From NCBI GenBank assembly GCA_963796275.1, contig CAWCKY010000006.1:1184001-1248000 (forward strand): a DNA stretch of 64,000 nucleotides, given 5' to 3'. Source of the DNA: an uncultured Acidobacteriota bacterium (lineage in GTDB: Bacteria > Acidobacteriota > Blastocatellia > RBC074). A program made the position numbers and the translations under genes. Positions 57,164-64,000 of the stretch are shown here, one piece after another. How positions within the stretch are numbered: position 1 is the first letter of the stretch; every line of letters starts with the position of its first letter. A model generated the notes under the pieces. That model was not told where the DNA came from, searched no databases, and saw only the letters and a list, made by a program, of their open reading frames with translations.

Positions 57164-59104
57164 GTGAGTGAATTAGTACCAGAATTATCAGCTATCGAAT
57201 TGCTTAAACAGCAGGATCGGGAGAGCGCGAAAAAAGCTATCGCGGCGCGGCTCTACCGCAATGGCGTTAGACAGGAAAATCCTGTCGATTTGAGTTACCC
57301 GGTCAAAGAGGGTGAGCGGGTGGAACCTCTTACACCCGAAACGCGGGAGGCGCTCGAAGTATATCGCCATTCGACTGCGCACCTGCTGGCTGCCGCGGTC
57401 CTCGATCTTTTCCCTGGCACCAAACTGGGGATCGGGCCTGCGCTGCTCGACGATCCGAAAGGCGGTTTCTTTTACGACTTCCAGCGCGACGATGGCGGGC
57501 GATTTACGCCCGAAGACCTGCCGAAGATCGAGAAGCGGATGAAGGATCTGGTCAAGCGAAACCTGGAATACAAGCGCATCGAGGTGCCGAAGAAAGAGGC
57601 CGAGAAGAAGTTCGCCGAGATGGGAGAGCCTCTCAAATGCGAATTGATCGAAGAGAAGGGCGGCGAGACGGTCAGTTGCTACACGATCGAAGGGACGCCC
57701 TTTGTGGATTTCTGTCTCGGCCCGCATATACCGGCGACGGGCAAGATCAAGGCCTTCAAACTTCTTTCAATTGCGGGAGCGCACTGGAAGGGAGACGAGA
57801 AACGTCCGCAGATGCAGCGCATCTATGGCACGTCGTTCTTTGCCCAGGAAGAGCTGGATGAATGGCTCAAGCAGAAGGAGGAGGCGGAACGGCGCGATCA
57901 TCGAAAGATCGGCCCGGAGCTCGATCTCTTCAGCTTCAGCGATGCGATAGGGTCCGGCCTGGTTTTATGGCATCCCAACGGCGCGTTGATCCGCAAGGTC
58001 ATCGAGGGTTTTCTCAACGAAGAGCTTTATAAGCGCGGCTACAGCTTCGTCAACACTCCGCACATCACGCAGTCGGAGCTGTTCCGCATCTCCGGCCATC
58101 TGCAGGTCTATCGCGATGTGCTCTATCCGGAGATGAAGGACATCGAGAACGAGCATATCGAATACCGGCTGAAGCCGATGAATTGCCCGTTTCACATCCA
58201 GATCTACAGTTCGCGGCAGCGTTCATACCGCGATCTGCCGCAGCGATATGCGGAATACGGAACGGTCTATCGCTACGAGCGTTCGGGAGTCGCGCACGGT
58301 TTGATGCGCGCGCGTGGTTTCACCCAGGATGACGCGCACATCTTTTGCACGCCGGAGCAACTGAAGGCCGAGATATTCGGATGCCTCGATCTGGTCGATT
58401 TCATCTTCCGGGCGTTCGGTTTCGAATATAAGGCTGAACTCTCGGTGCGGCATCCGACGGATCATTCGAAGTATCTGGGATCGAATGAAGTTTGGGATTT
58501 GGCGGAGAGCGCTCTGACGGAGGCGCTGGTCGAGCGCGGGCTGCCGTATCAAAGGATGGAAGACGAAGCGGCGTTTTATGGTCCGAAGATCGATTTCAAG
58601 GTGGTCGACGCGATCAAGCGGACGTGGCAGCTTTCGACGATTCAGGTCGATTTCAATATGCCTGAACGTTTCGAGATCGAGTTTATCGGCTCGGATAACA
58701 AACCGCATCGCCCGATTATGGTGCACCGGGCGATACTGGGATCGTTCGAGCGATTTTTCGGCATTCTGATCGAGCATTATGCGGGAGCATTTCCGGTCTG
58801 GCTCGCGCCCGTGCAGGCGATCGTCCTGCCGATTTCGGATCGTTTCAATGAGAGAGCTATGGAAGTCGAACGGGAATTGCTAGGAGCCGGCCATCGTGTT
58901 CAGGCCGATCTGCGCAGTGAAAAGATCGGGGCGAAGATTCGCGATGCGCAGCTCAAGAAAATTCCGTTCATGCTCGTCATCGGTGAGAGAGAAGCCGAGG
59001 CCGGCACGGTCGCGGTGCGCGACCGCCTCAAAGGCGATACGGGCGCGGTGCCCGTCGCAGAATTCAGCGCGCGTGTTGATGAAATGGTGAGCAGGCGCGC
59101 TTAA
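57164..59104 (+). CDS. thrS: Threonine--tRNA ligase
   Basis: 'RHSTAHLLA', 'RDHRKIG', 'KPMNCP', 'FYGPKID', '[11 protein letters not shown]'. Confidence 0.98.
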   Translation: MSELVPELSAIELLKQQDRESAKKAIAARLYRNGVRQENPVDLSYPVKEGERVEPLTPETREALEVYRHSTAHLLAAAVLDLFPGTKLGIGPALLDDPKGGFFYDFQRDDGGRFTPEDLPKIEKRMKDLVKRNLEYKRIEVPKKEAEKKFAEMGEPLKCELIEEKGGETVSCYTIEGTPFVDFCLGPHIPATGKIKAFKLLSIAGAHWKGDEKRPQMQRIYGTSFFAQEELDEWLKQKEEAERRDHRKIGPELDLFSFSDAIGSGLVLWHPNGALIRKVIEGFLNEELYKRGYSFVNTPHITQSELFRISGHLQVYRDVLYPEMKDIENEHIEYRLKPMNCPFHIQIYSSRQRSYRDLPQRYAEYGTVYRYERSGVAHGLMRARGFTQDDAHIFCTPEQLKAEIFGCLDLVDFIFRAFGFEYKAELSVRHPTDHSKYLGSNEVWDLAESALTEALVERGLPYQRMEDEAAFYGPKIDFKVVDAIKRTWQLSTIQVDFNMPERFEIEFIGSDNKPHRPIMVHRAILGSFERFFGILIEHYAGAFPVWLAPVQAIVLPISDRFNERAMEVERELLGAGHRVQADLRSEKIGAKIRDAQLKKIPFMLVIGEREAEAGTVAVRDRLKGDTGAVPVAEFSARVDEMVSRRA

Positions 59105-59155
59105 ATAAATCTCAAATGTTCGATTTGAGATGTTCGTTTCAATGGAGGTGAATCT

Positions 59156-59716
59156 ATTAGCAACGGTTATTCAGGCGGAGGTGGTTTCAGAGGACGCAGG
59201 GATCATAGAGGGCCCCAGGTAAGAGTCAACGAGCGGATCCGTGCGAAAGAGATCAGGGTGATCGATGAAGAAGGGCAACAGCTCGGCATACTAACGCCGC
59301 AGCGGGCTCTGGAGATTGCGCGCGAGCGGGGGTTCGACCTGGTCGAGGTTGCACCCCAGGCTAATCCGCCGGTCTGTCGCATCGTTGACTTTGGTAAATT
59401 TCTTTACGAACAGAAGAAGCGGGCGCACGACGCCAAGCGGAAGCAGGTCGTAATAGAAGTTAAAGAGATCAAGTTCCGCCCGTCGACCGACGAGCACGAT
59501 TACAATTTCAAGATGAAGCATGCCAAAGAAATTCTGGCTGATGGGAACAAGGTGAAGGCGACTGTCCGCTTCCGCGGGCGCGAGATCACGCACAAGGAGT
59601 TGGGAATGCAGTTGCTCGATAGGCTCGAGAAGGATTTGGCCGAGAACGGTACGCTTGAGTTCCGGCCGCGGCTTGAAGGCATGGCGATCACAGTGGTTTT
59701 TTCACCAAAGAAGTAG
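59156..59716 (+). CDS. infC: Translation initiation factor IF-3 (ATT start)
   Basis: GGAGGTG RBS then in-frame ATT at 59156; '[13 protein letters not shown]', 'KEIKFRP', 'FRGRE'. Confidence 0.95.
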   Translation: MSNGYSGGGGFRGRRDHRGPQVRVNERIRAKEIRVIDEEGQQLGILTPQRALEIARERGFDLVEVAPQANPPVCRIVDFGKFLYEQKKRAHDAKRKQVVIEVKEIKFRPSTDEHDYNFKMKHAKEILADGNKVKATVRFRGREITHKELGMQLLDRLEKDLAENGTLEFRPRLEGMAITVVFSPKK

Positions 59717-59768
59717 TTTTCAGTTTTCAGTTTTCAGTTGGGAACAAACTGAAAAACTAAAAACTGAA
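59714..59768. repeat. Inverted array of 7-bp repeats (AGTTTTC / AAAACTG)
   Basis: AGTTTTC x3 starting in the infC stop codon, then AAACTGAAAAACTAAAAACTG. Confidence 0.85.
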
Positions 59769-59783
59769 TTAACGGAGGGAATA

Positions 59784-59987
59784 ATGCCTAAATTGAAAAC
59801 ACATAAGGGCGCGGCCAAGCGCTTTCGAACGACCGCGACGGGGAAGATCAAGCGCGGCCATTCGCACGCCCGCCACATTCTGACGAAGAAGACGACCAAG
59901 CGTAAGCGGCAACTCGATATCGATGTGCTCGTTTCCGAGTCTGATAGGGATCGGGTCGAACAGATGTTGCCTTACGGCAGAAAATAG
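59784..59987 (+). CDS. rpmI: 50S ribosomal protein L35
   Basis: [14 protein letters not shown]; GGAGGG RBS. Confidence 0.97.
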   Translation: MPKLKTHKGAAKRFRTTATGKIKRGHSHARHILTKKTTKRKRQLDIDVLVSESDRDRVEQMLPYGRK

Positions 59988-60051
59988 CCCTGATCATATA
60001 AATCGGTAAGCACAAACGATAGTTTGTGCTTCATTTAGAAGGAGGTCAGAT

Positions 60052-60423
60052 ATGCCTCGCGCAAAACGTAGTAATAAGCGCCTGGATAAACGCAAAAAAC
60101 TCGAGAAACTGTCGAAAGGTTATCGCGGGACAAAGAGCAAACTCTATCGCTCGATGAAGGAATCGGTCGAGCGCGGACTCAAGTTCGCCTATGTCGGGCG
60201 GAAGATCAAAAAGCGTGATTTCCGTTCACTCTGGATCATACGCATCGGAGCCGCGGCGAGGTTGAACGGGCTCAACTACAGTCAATTTATGCACGGTCTC
60301 AAAGTCGCCGGGATTAACCTTGATCGAAAGATTCTCGCTGACCTGGCCGTCAATCAGCCGAAGGCTTTTGCCGAGCTGGCAGGTTCGGTGAAAAAAGCGT
60401 TGGAATCGGGTAAAGCGTTATAG
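60052..60423 (+). CDS. rplT: 50S ribosomal protein L20
   Basis: '[13 protein letters not shown]', '[11 protein letters not shown]'. Confidence 0.97.
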   Translation: MPRAKRSNKRLDKRKKLEKLSKGYRGTKSKLYRSMKESVERGLKFAYVGRKIKKRDFRSLWIIRIGAAARLNGLNYSQFMHGLKVAGINLDRKILADLAVNQPKAFAELAGSVKKALESGKAL

Positions 60424-60449
60424 CTCCGATTACAGAATCTGAAATTGCC

Positions 60450-60496
60450 GACCCAAGGCTCCCGGTTAACCACTGGATGTCTTGGGTCTTTGTTTG
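60450..60496 (+). terminator. Hairpin with T-rich tail after rplT
   Basis: GACCCAAG...CTTGGGTC followed by TTTGTTT. Confidence 0.5.
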
Positions 60497-60502
60497 ATCA
60501 CA

Positions 60503-61534
60503 ATGCCAAATCGCTTAAAAAAATTACGCACATCTTTCGATGAAGAGCTGGTTGAAATTAAAACCGAGACAGACCTGACCGCGCTGCGCGACCGCTGGAT
60601 GAGGCGTAAAGGCGGGTTATTGTCGGAAGAGATGAAGACGCTCGGTCAGCTCACGCCTGACGAGCGCCGCGCAACCGGACAAAAACTCAACGAATTGAAA
60701 GATTATATCGAGGCTGCGTTGGACAGGCTCCTGCACGATTTCGCCGAGCGCCGGGAGGCGGAACAACTCATCAAGGAGCGAATTGACGTGACGATGCCGG
60801 GAAGGCATCTGCCTGCCGGTCATTTGCATCCGATCACGCTCCTGCGCCAGAAGGTGGAAGACATCTTCGTTTCGATGGGCTACGAGATCGAGGACGGCCC
60901 CGAGATCGAAACGGATTTTTATAACTTCGATGCGCTCAATATACCCGCGAACCATCCGGCGCGCAGCCATCAGGACACCTTTTACGTCGAAGACAAAAAA
61001 CTGGCGCTTCGATCGCAAACATCGACCGTGCAGATTCACGCGATGCAACATCGCAGGCCGCCTCTGCGTGTCTTAGCGCCCGGAAAAGTTTTTCGGCGCG
61101 ATACGCCTGACGCGACGCATAATCCGATGTTCTTTCAGGTCGAAGGGCTGCTGGTAGATCGCGGCATCACGCTGGGAGATTTAAAGGGAACGCTTCAGGT
61201 CTTCGTACATCGTATGTTCGGCCCCGAGACGCGGACGCGTTTCCGCCCTTCATATTTCCCGTTCACCGAACCAAGCGCCGAAGTGGATTACAGTTGCTTC
61301 AAGTGCGGAGGCGAGGGCTGCCGCATCTGTAAAGGCTCGGGTTGGATCGAACTCGGCGGCTCGGGAATGGTTCATCCGAATGTACTCCGCAATGTGAAGA
61401 TCGATCCCGAAGAATATACCGGCTTCGCCTTCGGTCTCGGCCTCGATCGGATGTGTGCGTTGAGGTACGGATTGGATGATATTCGATTGTTATACGAGAA
61501 CGATGTGAGGTTCCTCGAACAGTTCCTCGAATAG
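60503..61534 (+). CDS. pheS: Phenylalanine--tRNA ligase alpha subunit
   Basis: 'NFDALN..HPAR..QDTF', '[12 protein letters not shown]', '[10 protein letters not shown]'. Confidence 0.98.
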   Translation: MPNRLKKLRTSFDEELVEIKTETDLTALRDRWMRRKGGLLSEEMKTLGQLTPDERRATGQKLNELKDYIEAALDRLLHDFAERREAEQLIKERIDVTMPGRHLPAGHLHPITLLRQKVEDIFVSMGYEIEDGPEIETDFYNFDALNIPANHPARSHQDTFYVEDKKLALRSQTSTVQIHAMQHRRPPLRVLAPGKVFRRDTPDATHNPMFFQVEGLLVDRGITLGDLKGTLQVFVHRMFGPETRTRFRPSYFPFTEPSAEVDYSCFKCGGEGCRICKGSGWIELGGSGMVHPNVLRNVKIDPEEYTGFAFGLGLDRMCALRYGLDDIRLLYENDVRFLEQFLE

Positions 61535-61559
61535 TTCCTCTGAAAGGAGATCGATTGAT

Positions 61560-62921
61560 ATGCCTACAACGAAACGACGAAGAGCGGTTCAGTCTCTGTT
61601 CGTTGGATTGGCGCACAGACGCAAAGTCGCAAAGAGATTCCTTTTGGTCACTGTGGTTTTGATATCAGCTGTTCCTTCGATTCCAGGGCAGGAACCTCCT
61701 CCGGGTGCCAAATGGAAACTGGATAAGCTTGAGTTCGAGGGGCTTAAAAATCATAAGCAGGAAGATGCTGCCGCCATCTGTGGAATGAAGATCGGTCAGA
61801 TTATCGATCTCGATCTGATCAAGTCAGCCGCGCAAAAACTGGGGACTGCCGGATTGTTCAGCGGCGTCAGTTTTCGGTATCGCTACTCGACCGATCGTGT
61901 CGAGGTGACGTTTGTGGTCGAGGAGGCGAAAGCAGGGAATTTGAGGTGCATCTTCGATAATTTCGTGTGGTTCAGCGATCAGGAGATCAGAGATGCGGTC
62001 AAAATCTCCCTCCCCGATTTTGATGGGACGGCGCCTGACAGCGACTTCGTCACGGAGAAGATCAGACAGTCGCTCGCATCGATGCTGCGGACCCAATCTA
62101 TTGCGGGTGAAGTTTTATACGAATCCATTCAGGATACCGCGACCGGCCGGACTCTTCACGTCTTCAAGGTCAAGAATGCGAACCACAGGATTTGTTCGAT
62201 TCGTTTTGAAGGCGCCAGGGATGAGCTGAAACCGCAACTTGTAAAGGAGATGGGGGCGCTCTTAAAAACCAATTATTCCCGAATGGATGTGAGCCTATTC
62301 GCGGGAGCGGCCTTAACACCATTTTATCGAAACCGCGGATTCCTGAAAGTCCGGTTCGGGAACTCCGAGGCCCAATTGATAGGGGATGGCGAGTGCAAAG
62401 ATGGTGTGGGGGTCACCGTGTCGGTTGAAGAAGGTCCGCTTTATCGCTGGGACAAAGCAATCTGGTCTGGGAACCGGGTTTTGTCGGCGCAGGAATTGAA
62501 TGAAGCCCTGGCAATGAAACAGGGCGAAGCGGCCGATGAGTCGAAAATATCGCGGGGAAACATCGGCGTCATCAGGGCATACGGAAAAAAAGGGTATATG
62601 AAGATATATCTCGTACCGGTTCCGGTGTTTGACGACGAGCGGACTCAAGTCAGTTACCAGATCAAGGTGAATGAAGGCAATCAATATCGAATGGGCCAAT
62701 TGTCGGTTTCAGGGCTGTCCGAGAGCGAAACAAAACAGCTCAACGATATTTGGCAACTTAAAACCGGCGATGTCTTCGATTCTTCATATCCGGGAGAAAT
62801 TTTGAAGCAGGCGATAAAAGAGCGCGTCATTTCGAGCACATCACCGCCCAGGAGGTTTGAGGTCGATCTTAAATCTGATCATGAGAAACTCACGGTAGAT
62901 GTTGCGATTAAATTCAGGTGA
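61560..62921 (+). CDS. Exported POTRA-repeat protein without beta-barrel
   Basis: Repeated BamA-like POTRA patterns ('FEGL..GLFS.V..VTFVVEE', 'YRNRGFL', 'VEEGP.YR', 'YGKKGY', 'VNEG.QYR'). Confidence 0.75.
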   Translation: MPTTKRRRAVQSLFVGLAHRRKVAKRFLLVTVVLISAVPSIPGQEPPPGAKWKLDKLEFEGLKNHKQEDAAAICGMKIGQIIDLDLIKSAAQKLGTAGLFSGVSFRYRYSTDRVEVTFVVEEAKAGNLRCIFDNFVWFSDQEIRDAVKISLPDFDGTAPDSDFVTEKIRQSLASMLRTQSIAGEVLYESIQDTATGRTLHVFKVKNANHRICSIRFEGARDELKPQLVKEMGALLKTNYSRMDVSLFAGAALTPFYRNRGFLKVRFGNSEAQLIGDGECKDGVGVTVSVEEGPLYRWDKAIWSGNRVLSAQELNEALAMKQGEAADESKISRGNIGVIRAYGKKGYMKIYLVPVPVFDDERTQVSYQIKVNEGNQYRMGQLSVSGLSESETKQLNDIWQLKTGDVFDSSYPGEILKQAIKERVISSTSPPRRFEVDLKSDHEKLTVDVAIKFR

Positions 62922-63021
62922 ACCTTGTGAGAGATGATGATAGATATACGATTTATGAGAAGGAAGTTTTATCGCGGGAAATTTGCAAATATCGTTTTGA
63001 GCAAGGACAGCACTAACAATT

Positions 63022-64000
63022 ATGAAGATCAGTTATAACTGGCTGAAGGAATTTGTAGATATTGACCTCGCGCCTCGCGATCTGGCGGCGAAACTGACAA
63101 TGGTGGGATTGGCCGTCGATGCGGTCGACGCACACGGTGATGACTTTATTCTTGAGTTTGATTTGACGTCGAACAGGCCTGATTGTCTTTCACATCTGGG
63201 CATCGCGCGCGAGGCCGCTGTCGTTTGCGGAAAGACTCTCCGGTTGCCCGGCATCGCGCTTTCCGAGGCGCAGACGAAAGGCAGTGAAGTCGCTTCGGTT
63301 GAGATACTCAGTCCGGAGTTTTGTCCGCGTTACACCGCTCGCGTGATCAGTGGGGTAAAGATCGGGCCATCGCCTGCCTGGTTGGTGGATAGGCTGGAGG
63401 CGATGGGTCAGCGCAGCGTCAACAATATCGCCGACATCACCAACTACGTCATGCTTGAGCTGGGGCAGCCGCTGCACGCATTCGACTTAAATCGATTGAA
63501 AGAGAAACGAATCATCGTCCGGGCGGCGCGCCCCGGGGAAATGATTACGACTCTCGATGGCGAGGAGCGCGAACTGACGCCCGAGATGCTGGTCATCGCC
63601 GACGCCGGCAGAGCCGTTGCGCTCGCGGGTATAAAGGGCGGGGAAGATTCCGGCATCTCCGATGCGACGAGGGATGTCTTGCTGGAAGCCGCATATTTCA
63701 CCCCGGCGCAGGTGCGCGCGACGTCAAAATCGTTGGGTTTAGGCACCGAGGCTTCTTACCGCTTCGAGCGGGGGACAGATCCTGAAATCGTGCCGTTCGC
63801 TTCGGACCGCGCTGCTGCGATGATCGCAGAAATCGCCGGCGGCGAGGTGCTTCGAGGCATTATCGATGTGTATCCCGGGAGATTGACGCGAGATCCGTAA
63901 CTTTGCGCCGCACCCGATACAAGACGGTCACCGGATTGGAGGTGGAATTGGGTGAAGCCAGCCGCATTCTGCACGAGCTCGGCTTCAAGGTCGACGCCGA
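63022..64000 (+). CDS. pheT: Phenylalanine--tRNA ligase beta subunit (short form lacking B2 OB domain), partial, frameshift near 63895
   Basis: 'MKISYNWL', '[14 protein letters not shown]', 'GQPLHAFD', 'RFERG'; continues in a shifted frame as [30 protein letters not shown] (B5 domain). Confidence 0.93.

Overview
Bacterial genomic window of moderately high GC, most consistent with Acidobacteriota (Blastocatellia-like), inferred from the PadR+ADOP permease pair, POTRA-only protein, short PheT and Ser/Thr kinase-TolB fusion. In order: (1) a carboxylate-uptake/sensing block (MHS-type MFS, DcaP-like porin, receiver protein, CrbS/CbrA-like SLC5-histidine kinase, sigma54 two-component pair); (2) an accessory region with a heavily frameshifted secreted TPR-CHAT protein carrying a SPOR-like insert, PadR-ADOP, a stand-alone IscB-type omegaRNA/HEARO-like RNA directly in front of a DUF1326 gene with no iscB, and an orphan adaptor-toxin-immunity module; (3) hopanoid tailoring genes (hpnK, EamA, EamA-HpnI fusion) coupled to an Atu/Liu-like acyl-CoA carboxylation cluster; (4) housekeeping genes (hemL, rlmB, tRNA-Val, thrS-infC-rpmI-rplT-pheS-[POTRA]-pheT). 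Many intergenic gaps hold inverted arrays of 7-bp tandem repeats. A frameshift in essential pheT suggests indel errors in the assembly, so other frameshifts may be artefacts. All family calls are by eye from motifs; no database search was run.
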